A stretch of DNA of 37,142 bases, taken from UHGV virus genome UHGV-1374863. One strand, given 5' to 3'. A model generated the notes under the pieces. That model did not search any database and was not told the origin of the DNA. It saw only the letters and a list, made by a program, of their open reading frames with translations. The translations under genes and the position numbers were made by a program. Positions 1 to 8,098 of this stretch are shown piece by piece (position 1 is the first letter of the stretch; every line of letters starts with the position of its first letter). This stretch comes from a virus.

Positions 1-60
1 CATTGCTCTTTATTTTCAAATACAGATTAATGTTGTATAAAGTAACCCTGATTTTCACTC

Positions 61-90
61 TAGACAAAACGAACATACATTCGGTATAAT
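61..90 (+). promoter_or_regulatory. Sigma-A-like promoter (-35 TAGACA 61-66, 18-nt spacer, -10 TATAAT 85-90) for the 114-362 gene
   Basis: Hexamers read directly; RBS GGAGGG lies 7 nt before the ATG at 114. Confidence 0.5.
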
Positions 91-113
91 TGTACTATTA
101 GGAGGGCGATTTT

Positions 114-362
114 ATGAAAACTAATTATGTAGGAGTAGTTGAAAAGATTAGAATGTTAAGTATGTATCCAAAAATGCTAGTTCGATTCTCATTAGTAACA
201 CAGGACGAAACTATAAACTGTATCGTCTCCAAATGCGAGCTAGCAAATATGTTACTAATGCTACCTGAACAATCTGAATTAGCTGTCTATGGTCATTTGA
301 ATAAACGAAATCAACTTGTAATTGAGAAAATGCTTGTTAGAAAATCTTTGATTAGTGCATAA
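114..362 (+). CDS. Hypothetical 82-aa protein; own promoter and terminator. Unclear whether host or phage cargo
   Basis: ORF with RBS GGAGGG; followed by a terminator at 370-401. Confidence 0.5.
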   Translation: MKTNYVGVVEKIRMLSMYPKMLVRFSLVTQDETINCIVSKCELANMLLMLPEQSELAVYGHLNKRNQLVIEKMLVRKSLISA

Positions 363-369
363 AATAAAA

Positions 370-401
370 CCCCAACTCTTATCTGGAGTTGGAGTTTTTT
401 T
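370..401. terminator. Bidirectional rho-independent terminator: stem CCAACTC/GAGTTGG, T7 on the plus strand and a T-rich run on the minus strand
   Basis: Hairpin 372-392 followed by TTTTTTT at 395-401; the reverse complement is followed by TTATTTT. Ends both the + strand gene and the minus-strand operon 518-2400. Confidence 0.7.
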
Positions 402-517
402 ATAAGCCTACATATCTTAATATCAATTATGACATGTTTTATTTCAATTATATCTATTGATATTAGTAAAAAATACATTAAAGTGCAATAAACCTTATAG
501 CATGATTATCTACCTAA

Positions 518-1186
518 CTATAAATAGTATAACTTTTCTATCCATGATTTTGATACAAATCTTTTGAGATTCAATTTTTGCTGAGTGGATAAATCTATGT
601 TGTAAAAACATATAACTTCTAATAATGTTGTTTTGCAATTACTTAAATCTTGCTTGATTTCATTCATTTCTGTTTTATTTATTTGACGACATAACTTATT
701 TTCCAACATTTTCGTCAATTCAACTTCATTTGCTTTTTTCAAATGTAAAGAATTGGATCTGTTACTATAAATTGAAAAAAGATTATCAATTTTGTTCTTA
801 TGTTTTTGGTATATCAAAAGTCTTTCTCTGTTATCTTTCATAGTTCTATATCCAGTAGATTTATGATCAACATCTTCATCTTCCAATGTAAAAATCATTT
901 TCAAAATTGCTTCAGTACAATTTCTAATTGAAACATTATATGAAACTAGTTCATTCAAGGGTAAAAAATAAAGTAAATTATTCAAATTATATTCAATTAA
1001 ATTTGTAAAATAAGAATAATTACTATCTTCGTCAAGAAAATGAGCTATTTTAGAAAGAGACATCGTAACTTCAAATACATCCTTTACTAAGATTTCTGAT
1101 TTATTATGCGCAAGCGATGTTTCTGGAAAGTAACTCTCCAGATATTCACAATACCTCTTATATTCTGTCTGAATATCCTTTTTCAT
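518..1186 (-). CDS. Hypothetical 222-aa protein, third gene of the ParA-like operon. Lys/Asn-rich, with an R-x4-H (RSNSLH) motif weakly reminiscent of HEPN
   Basis: ATG at 1186, 4 nt after the upstream stop, with RBS AGGATAG; no recognisable family by eye. Confidence 0.6.
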   Translation of the reverse strand: MKKDIQTEYKRYCEYLESYFPETSLAHNKSEILVKDVFEVTMSLSKIAHFLDEDSNYSYFTNLIEYNLNNLLYFLPLNELVSYNVSIRNCTEAILKMIFTLEDEDVDHKSTGYRTMKDNRERLLIYQKHKNKIDNLFSIYSNRSNSLHLKKANEVELTKMLENKLCRQINKTEMNEIKQDLSNCKTTLLEVICFYNIDLSTQQKLNLKRFVSKSWIEKLYYL

Positions 1187-1190
1187 TTAT

Positions 1191-1568
1191 CTATCCTAGT
1201 TGATTAAAAATATCATCAAAGATATTTTTCTTTTTCTTTTTGTATGATACTTTTGTTTTTTGATTAAGAATATCGTCAACTTCAATAAAATTAATTAACT
1301 TTTCTATTAAAATACTTACTTCTTTTTCATCCATCTTTTCAATTGCTCTTATAATTCGTGACAAAAGGATAGTTCTACTCTTAAAAACATATTCTTTAAA
1401 ACTAAAATTTAATTCCGACATTATACCTTTTAAATCTGAATTTTTAGGTGCTATTTTTTTAGAAAGGATTAATGAAGAAAAAATTCCGTACAATTCACTT
1501 TTGACTTGTTCTTCTGAATTATCAATAATTGATACTCTAATTTTTTTAAGTTCATTTCTCAAATCCAT
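1191..1568 (-). CDS. Hypothetical 125-aa protein, second gene of the ParA-like operon. No ParB/RHH signature recognisable
   Basis: Strong RBS AAGGAGG 5 nt before the ATG at 1568. That ATG lies 14 nt inside the parA-like 3' end, suggesting translational coupling. Confidence 0.6.
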   Translation of the reverse strand: MDLRNELKKIRVSIIDNSEEQVKSELYGIFSSLILSKKIAPKNSDLKGIMSELNFSFKEYVFKSRTILLSRIIRAIEKMDEKEVSILIEKLINFIEVDDILNQKTKVSYKKKKKNIFDDIFNQLG

Positions 1569-2400
1569 TAATCCTCCTTTCCATTTCATCAAAAATTGCA
1601 TTTAGATTTTCTAATAATCTTTGATCACTATTATCACTGATAAAGTACAACGGTCGATCAACTAATTTTTTTGAAAATAAAAATCTTTCTTTAAAAAAGT
1701 ACATATTTTTTAACGACTTTGCTGTTTCAATCATATCAACCAAATAATCAGAATCACTATTATATCTAGTAAAGATGACCCCCAAATGTCGTAATGGTTT
1801 ATCTTTAAAATACAATTTATTTGGCTCTTTTATTGCATTAACAACTTTTTCTAACATGGTTATTCCTAAAACTGAATATATACCTGGATCAACAGGAACA
1901 AAATAAAAATCACTCGGAAGTAAAGCGGAAACAGTATACACAGAATATGTGGGTGGACAATCAATCAATATATAATCATATTTCTTCTTTAACTCTTTTT
2001 CTTCAATAAAATTATAAACCGCTCTTTCCATATTCGATGAATTTGATGATCTTTCTAGAAAAATAGTTGATAATGTGCCTGGAATAAGGTCAACTGTAAA
2101 GTTTTGTTCCAGATTCAAAATAACTTCTGAATCTTTTAATTTACCAATCGAAGATGAATCAAAAAGTTTCTGAATAGACTGACTTACTAATCTTAAATTT
2201 TGTTTAGGTTCATTCAAATCTTCTTGATGTCTTAACTTTTTATTTAGAAAAAATGACTGAGTTAAATTAGATTGTGGGTCTAAATCAATAAACAAAACTT
2301 TCTTGTTTTTATTTTTGGCCATAAAATAACCTAGTTCTTTTGTCAGCGTTGTCTTACCCACTCCACCTTTCATATTAATCACCGAAATAACTTTACCCAT
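1552..2400 (-). CDS. ParA/Soj/MinD-family P-loop ATPase (282 aa)
   Basis: Deviant Walker A KGGVGKTT, then FIDLDPQ and Walker B ILIDCPP. Start chosen at MGKVISV (2400); the ORF track extends to 2475 without an RBS. Confidence 0.85.
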   Translation of the reverse strand: MGKVISVINMKGGVGKTTLTKELGYFMAKNKNKKVLFIDLDPQSNLTQSFFLNKKLRHQEDLNEPKQNLRLVSQSIQKLFDSSSIGKLKDSEVILNLEQNFTVDLIPGTLSTIFLERSSNSSNMERAVYNFIEEKELKKKYDYILIDCPPTYSVYTVSALLPSDFYFVPVDPGIYSVLGITMLEKVVNAIKEPNKLYFKDKPLRHLGVIFTRYNSDSDYLVDMIETAKSLKNMYFFKERFLFSKKLVDRPLYFISDNSDQRLLENLNAIFDEMERRINGFEK

Positions 2401-2529
2401 GTACTTCTCCCCCCACATCTTTATATACCTATTTGCATACAGTATATTATAAACAAGGCTTAATAGGCAAATCATATTTTAAAATTATCCCTTATATCAT
2501 ATATAAAGTTCTTATTAAACTTTTATTGA

Positions 2530-2567
2530 TTTTCTATGTAAATAGGTCCACCTTGAATAAGGTGGAC
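2530..2567 (-). terminator. Terminator after the endolysin gene: stem GGTCCACCTT/AAGGTGGAC, followed on the minus strand by CTATTTAC
   Basis: Inverted repeat 2545-2567 immediately downstream of the lysin stop (2583). Confidence 0.55.
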
Positions 2568-2582
2568 TAAAAGACATTATTA

Positions 2583-3689
2583 CTAATATCCAGTTCCCCA
2601 AGTATTGCTAGGATTTCCATCATTTGGTCCAACAGGAATATAAATGCGTGTTCCGTTTACATCAGAACCGCCTAAGAAAACATAGCCATCTGCTACACGA
2701 ACTGAATCATACTTAAAAGTAGAACCTTTCGGCCATACTCCGTATACAGGCGCTGACAAGCTTGGCGCACCGTTGCGAAGAACGATGCCTTCATTTACAC
2801 CAATGGTAAATGTTTTTGCTGGTGTCGGCTTGCTACTTTCCCACAATTCCGCAATGTCACCGTCATTGGCATAACCTAGTAATTTCCCGCTATTTTCAAT
2901 TCGATAAAGATTTTTACGCCCGTTTAGTTTTTGGGTGATAGTTCCTACTTGGGTCCAAAGAGTGTTAGCGTTAATGTGTTGGTCAATTGGCGCATCTGGA
3001 TTTTTGTAGATTGTTGTGAAGCGAACATGCTGCCCAACTTTGTATTTAGGTTGGTTTGGTTTACCTGGGTTCACAATTGTTTCTGAACCGTCCTCAGGAA
3101 GCCCCGTCTGCAAGTCTTGTGCTAACTGCGCCTTATTGATACCCCATTGAGCTAAATAACCATAAGGATCTGTATGGTCGCCCCACCAATTTTTAGTAAT
3201 CCAATCATGCGTTACGATTCCGTACCCTGTGCCGTCGTCTAAATCAAACGTTGCACCAATTTGCGTTGCTAAATCACGAATTAAATTGACATATGCTGCA
3301 TAATCTTTCTTGAACGTTTCTTTATTATTCGTTCGAGCGAGTTCGATTTGTGCATATGCTTTCGCATTCGCTGTCGCTCCTGCACCCCACTGAATCTGTC
3401 CAGCCGGTGCCATCTGCTTCACTCGACCACCAGAACCAACAAAATAAGACACATAAGCACTCGTCCAGTTGCGTTTCATATATGCCGCTTCGTTGTCTAA
3501 ACTATTTGGACCAACATTGTTCCCATTACCCGACTCATGTAAGACAATTAATTCATTTGTCGCATATCCTGGAAAATATCCGCCAAAATTAATCGGGTCT
3601 TGCTCCACTTGGTATGCATTTGCGCCAATCGGCAACATAAAACTTAACGACATTCCGACAGCAACTAATAATTTAACAGTTTTTTTCAT
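2583..3689 (-). CDS. Endolysin: N-acetylmuramoyl-L-alanine amidase (Amidase_2/PGRP-like) with an N-terminal signal peptide and two C-terminal SH3b-like cell-wall-binding repeats
   Basis: N-terminus MKKTVKLLVAVGMSLSFMLPIGANA; amidase motifs IVLHESGN and QIQWGAG; directly downstream of the holin. Confidence 0.85.
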   Translation of the reverse strand: MKKTVKLLVAVGMSLSFMLPIGANAYQVEQDPINFGGYFPGYATNELIVLHESGNGNNVGPNSLDNEAAYMKRNWTSAYVSYFVGSGGRVKQMAPAGQIQWGAGATANAKAYAQIELARTNNKETFKKDYAAYVNLIRDLATQIGATFDLDDGTGYGIVTHDWITKNWWGDHTDPYGYLAQWGINKAQLAQDLQTGLPEDGSETIVNPGKPNQPKYKVGQHVRFTTIYKNPDAPIDQHINANTLWTQVGTITQKLNGRKNLYRIENSGKLLGYANDGDIAELWESSKPTPAKTFTIGVNEGIVLRNGAPSLSAPVYGVWPKGSTFKYDSVRVADGYVFLGGSDVNGTRIYIPVGPNDGNPSNTWGTGY

Positions 3690-3742
3690 TTAAAAACCTC
3701 TCTCCTATTTTTTAAACAAAAAAAGAAACGACACAAGCCGCT

Positions 3743-4141
3743 TCAATTTTTGTCTTTATTTCGTAATTGAATAAAATAATCCTTTAACTTTTCTGGTAAA
3801 GGAATGAATTCCAATACATTCTCGCAAAATGAAATGCCTTCATTTGCAATGTAAAAAATAATCACCATTTCCCTAATAGGAATATTATTCCCTACAATAC
3901 TTTCAACTTTCACAGAAACTGCCACTACAAATAAAATCATTACTTTTTTGGCGATTCCCAACATACCTATTTTGCTTGATAGTGATTTAGTAGCGATTGC
4001 TTTAAGCCAACCTGTTACAAAATCAACAATCATCAAAAATAACAAAACATCTAGCAACTGATCCATTCCCCCAAGAAAGCTAACGCAAATACCACCTACA
4101 ATACTTGCTGCAATTGACAGGTGGTTAAAATATTTTTCCAC
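3743..4141 (-). CDS. Holin (phage_holin_4_1-like, 132 aa, 3 predicted TM segments)
   Basis: Small multi-TM protein immediately upstream of the lysin. Confidence 0.75.
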   Translation of the reverse strand: MEKYFNHLSIAASIVGGICVSFLGGMDQLLDVLLFLMIVDFVTGWLKAIATKSLSSKIGMLGIAKKVMILFVVAVSVKVESIVGNNIPIREMVIIFYIANEGISFCENVLEFIPLPEKLKDYFIQLRNKDKN

Positions 4142-4190
4142 TGACTCACCTCCAAATTTTGATAAATAGATATTCCTGCTTTTTTAATAA

Positions 4191-4994
4191 TTACAAAGTA
4201 AGTGAACCATCGCTATTAGGCGTTAACTTGATTACAGTACCAAGACCGACATTACCAGTTTTTGGATAAGGATCATCCGTAGTCCATGTACAAACGCCAT
4301 ATTGATTACCAAATTGCCCCGACATAAAAGTCACACGATTTGGATAATTATTGTTTCCTGGTTCTAGGTGCATTTTTACTACTTTTTGAGTACTAGGTGT
4401 AGCAGTTGAGTTAACAGCGAACGGAATGTTCCATATTGCGCCCAAATCTTCAGCGCCAGTTGCGTAAGTAGCTCTAAATCCTTCTGGAATCATTAACAAT
4501 ACATTGTTTTTTGGTTCAGTATCAGTTTTTGCCACGTTTACACGGATATGACACGTGACGACATTTCCAATTCTGATACATGTGACCTCTAATTGATTTA
4601 CTGCGTTAGTGTCAGGGGATCCCGATTGTTTATAAACAAATTTGTCAAATTGGCCATTATCAACAATCAGTTTTTTCCATGCTGTCCATGTAGCAGGACT
4701 TCCTTGTCGACTGCGGATATAGGTTTCACCCTTGTACATATAATTTTGACAAATAAACGTATTATCTGCGTAAACAACTAATACACCGTAAACAGCGCCA
4801 GCGTAAGGTCTGTTTGCGCCAGAAGCACCGAAAACAGTGTAAATACCTTCATCTAAAACTGTGTCCCAGTCCTGCGCCTTAATAACGGTTTTTTTAGCAA
4901 CTAGCGCACCATTTTCTAACGAGCTTGTAATTTCGTTAAAATTTTCATTCAGCATGACTTGGTAGTCTGCATCACCTTTTTTAAATGTATACAT
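4191..4994 (-). CDS. Tail fibre / receptor-binding protein candidate (267 aa)
   Basis: Last structural gene before the lysis cassette; Gly/Thr-rich beta-type composition. Confidence 0.4.
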   Translation of the reverse strand: MYTFKKGDADYQVMLNENFNEITSSLENGALVAKKTVIKAQDWDTVLDEGIYTVFGASGANRPYAGAVYGVLVVYADNTFICQNYMYKGETYIRSRQGSPATWTAWKKLIVDNGQFDKFVYKQSGSPDTNAVNQLEVTCIRIGNVVTCHIRVNVAKTDTEPKNNVLLMIPEGFRATYATGAEDLGAIWNIPFAVNSTATPSTQKVVKMHLEPGNNNYPNRVTFMSGQFGNQYGVCTWTTDDPYPKTGNVGLGTVIKLTPNSDGSLTL

Positions 4995-5005
4995 TCTTTT
5001 CCTCC

Positions 5006-6061
5006 TTAATACCTAATTTCTATAACTTTGTATGCTTCTATAAAACGAATAGTTCTATTATCTATTTTGGTTACTGTTGGATTTACCAATTTAAAGTTCA
5101 TTGGTACTTTAACTTTAAAGCTGAATAAATCAAGATATTCTACACTGTGAGGAATCTTTTTCACATTGCTACCGCCTAAGCCTGTTGGTTCATTGGCCAG
5201 CCCTGCTAGTCCAATGCCATACTCACAGTACAAAACCTGTACTTTAGGATAACCACGTAAATTGTGCCCTATAGTGGGCAGGTCTTCCGTGGCCTTCATT
5301 TCATTGATTTGGTTCTGTAAATTTGATGCTTGATTTGTATCTAATTCATTTTTTAAAGCTGCAAACCATTCGTGGACTAAGACATCAAAGGCACTTACTT
5401 TTCCATTGCCTGTTCGGATAATTTCTTCAATATTAGAATCCATATCGGTTTGTGCTTTTGCAACGTAGTTTTTAAAATCATTTAAGATTTTTTCATAACT
5501 CGTTTTGTTGGTTTCTACAATTTTTTTAAGCATTGCTTCATATTGAGCTTCCAAACCTGACACAGAAACATTGGCAAAAGGTGTTGAATAACCGCAAACT
5601 TTTGCATCTGATCGCTTGTCTGTGATTAAATCCGCAGTGATTACCGAACTATTTCTTGGTACTTTGATCGTAGCTAGTTGGATTTCATAAACTTCTGTTG
5701 AGCGCTCTACAGAGACATTGCCTTTTTTGACTGCTACATAAGCTTGTCTAGCGTTCAGATCATGACGAACAACAATTGAATCTGTTCGATCTTGTGTTGA
5801 AGAAGCAACGTCAATAGGTACTGCAAAAGCAGACGTATTAATATATTGATAACCTTTTAAACTTGCTGAACCTGCTTTTACAACAACTCTCATCCCAACA
5901 GAATCAGCTGCATTCACTCTTAATGCTTCGCCGACTGACATCATGACGCCATTGCGAAAGATATTTTCAAAGTATTTTGCCCAGTCTGCCGATGTATAAG
6001 CACGATCGTATGTGCCATCATCTTGCAAAACGGCATCATAAAATAAACTTAATTCCGCCAA
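5006..6061 (-). CDS. Baseplate / upper tail-tip protein (351 aa)
   Basis: Position between Tal and the RBP candidate. Confidence 0.4.
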   Translation of the reverse strand: MAELSLFYDAVLQDDGTYDRAYTSADWAKYFENIFRNGVMMSVGEALRVNAADSVGMRVVVKAGSASLKGYQYINTSAFAVPIDVASSTQDRTDSIVVRHDLNARQAYVAVKKGNVSVERSTEVYEIQLATIKVPRNSSVITADLITDKRSDAKVCGYSTPFANVSVSGLEAQYEAMLKKIVETNKTSYEKILNDFKNYVAKAQTDMDSNIEEIIRTGNGKVSAFDVLVHEWFAALKNELDTNQASNLQNQINEMKATEDLPTIGHNLRGYPKVQVLYCEYGIGLAGLANEPTGLGGSNVKKIPHSVEYLDLFSFKVKVPMNFKLVNPTVTKIDNRTIRFIEAYKVIEIRY

Positions 6062-6071
6062 AAATAAACAC

Positions 6072-7196
6072 CTACTTTCCTTTTCTCTTGATTACATCAA
6101 TAATTGTTTTACTTTGGTTACCGAATTCGCCATCAATATGGTAGCCTTTCTCATCCCAAGTCTGAGTTACAGAATTTAGAACCACTGTATCTGAATAGCC
6201 AAAAGAAGAAATACGTTTTACACGATCCCCCAATTTATAATCTCGACCATAAACAAAAAGACTATCATTCAAATTGATAGTCCCATTCAATGCCAAAACT
6301 CTTGGTTGTTCAGTTAATTTTTCTTTTCCTCTTGATTGCAATGTGGCAATATATTGTGCATCTGGCATTTTTACATCATCAACAGTCTGTTGTAAGTCAC
6401 GAGCATCGACATATATTTCTTTTCGTTCGAGGCCACTCAAATTGTTATTTACTTGAGTATGTTTACGAGCTTTACCTTCACCTTCTCCATAAATAAGGGC
6501 TGTAGTCGCTTCATCATAGTTGTTCTTTTCTAATGATTCATTAGTGACATTTTCAAACTCTGCACTAAATTGAACTACACTAGAAACATCTTCACTTTTT
6601 CTAAAACGAATATTTGTTCCAACTTGGCCGTTTGATGTTGAACCAATACGCCCATTCGAGATAGGAATTTCGTCAAAACCAAAATTGTAACTTTCACACA
6701 GGCCCTCTATTTCTTCTTCAACATTCCCGTAACTATTTTGATAACCAATGTTTGAACTAGTGATTGCTGGCGGTTGTTCGACAGATAAATAACTAATTTT
6801 TCTTTTTACATCTGACGGAGAGACCACTTCGTTCCGTAAATGATCGTAGCAAATCAGCTCTGGTCTTTTGGTTTGATTGTAAATTCGATAAACAATTCTC
6901 TTACCAGCTTTTGCAAAAAGAGATTTCCCAGAAATTGTAATTAATCCACTGCTCAAATCATCGCAGATAATAGAATCAATGTAGTAAAAGCAATTATTAA
7001 TTAATAGCACTGTATCTTCATCCATTAATTCTTTTGGCATGTACTTTAAAAGAACAACCGTTTCAAAAGTATTGGCTGACTTGAAATTTTCTTTGACACT
7101 CATTGATTTCCATATGTCCAGAACTGCCGTTGACTCATAATCAAAGTCAGACTTTCTTCGGAACACCTCTACAAAAGGCAATGGCATAAAATCCAT
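6072..7196 (-). CDS. Tail-associated protein (Tal-like, 374 aa)
   Basis: Second gene after the TMP in a canonical TMP-Dit-Tal order. Confidence 0.5.
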   Translation of the reverse strand: MDFMPLPFVEVFRRKSDFDYESTAVLDIWKSMSVKENFKSANTFETVVLLKYMPKELMDEDTVLLINNCFYYIDSIICDDLSSGLITISGKSLFAKAGKRIVYRIYNQTKRPELICYDHLRNEVVSPSDVKRKISYLSVEQPPAITSSNIGYQNSYGNVEEEIEGLCESYNFGFDEIPISNGRIGSTSNGQVGTNIRFRKSEDVSSVVQFSAEFENVTNESLEKNNYDEATTALIYGEGEGKARKHTQVNNNLSGLERKEIYVDARDLQQTVDDVKMPDAQYIATLQSRGKEKLTEQPRVLALNGTINLNDSLFVYGRDYKLGDRVKRISSFGYSDTVVLNSVTQTWDEKGYHIDGEFGNQSKTIIDVIKRKGK

Positions 7197-7198
7197 AG

Positions 7199-8098
7199 CT
7201 ACACCCCGCTAACCAATGGTGTAAATTGCATTTCACATGTAATTCCATTTTGAGAATTGTTGGCCGCTTTTAGTTGTAAATAATTATCTCCTTTAGATAA
7301 TCGAAAGAAACTACTACCCTCCATACGTTCTGGAACAGCATTAGTTTCTACTCCATTAACAATTTTTTTCGCATATAACTTTCCACGTACCGTTGAAAGT
7401 TCGAATCTTGTTCCAGGTTCAAAGGTTCCTTTAAATCCAAAGAAGGTTTGTTTTGTCACATCGTAAATCTGCGGATCAGTCACGGTTGTTACACATTTCA
7501 TATGAAAAACTGCTCCAACCTGTACATCGCCATTGTTTACAATCTTTTCGATATTTCCTGATTCAAAGCGACCAAACGTATGCTTCTCGCCTTGAACAAA
7601 AACCATTGGAAAAATAAGCGTCGGCTTCAATGTTGCCAAAGGAACCAGTGAGTTATAAAACGATACATCACGGAAATAAGAATCAAATGATTCAAACTGT
7701 AAAGAAAATAAGTTCCATTCGTCAACCTTATAAGGATTATCTTCATACAGCTTGAAGCTAGGCGCTTGAATTGGTAGAACGTCGGTTTCATATTCCTTAT
7801 CATAGACTTTAAGTGTTAGCTTACCTGTTTGTTTTAGATCGATTTTTTGAATCATATCTCGTCTCAACTGATAAATTTCTTCTTCTGTTTTTCCAATTAA
7901 AGTACCTTCTAGTAACGGTTTCCGAGTGCTTAAGCGGATTCCAACAACTTTTGCGCCATCTTCTCCAAACACTTCTTCTGCTAGAACGACATTTTCTGGC
8001 GCTTCTAGACCTTCCACATTTTGCAAAAAATAAGGAGCTTCCTCATTAAAAACGAGTTGCTCCCCATTTTGGTTCGTATAAACTAATTCTAGTTTCAC
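7199..8098 (-). CDS. Distal tail protein (Dit, siphovirus tail component, 299 aa)
   Basis: Immediately downstream of the TMP, overlapping its stop. Confidence 0.6.
   Translation of the reverse strand: MKLELVYTNQNGEQLVFNEEAPYFLQNVEGLEAPENVVLAEEVFGEDGAKVVGIRLSTRKPLLEGTLIGKTEEEIYQLRRDMIQKIDLKQTGKLTLKVYDKEYETDVLPIQAPSFKLYEDNPYKVDEWNLFSLQFESFDSYFRDVSFYNSLVPLATLKPTLIFPMVFVQGEKHTFGRFESGNIEKIVNNGDVQVGAVFHMKCVTTVTDPQIYDVTKQTFFGFKGTFEPGTRFELSTVRGKLYAKKIVNGVETNAVPERMEGSSFFRLSKGDNYLQLKAANNSQNGITCEMQFTPLVSGV

Noticed and set aside
3350-3693. Two + strand ORFs (3350-3592, 3469-3693) inside the endolysin gene
   Set aside because: Antisense to a confidently identified amidase gene; no RBS
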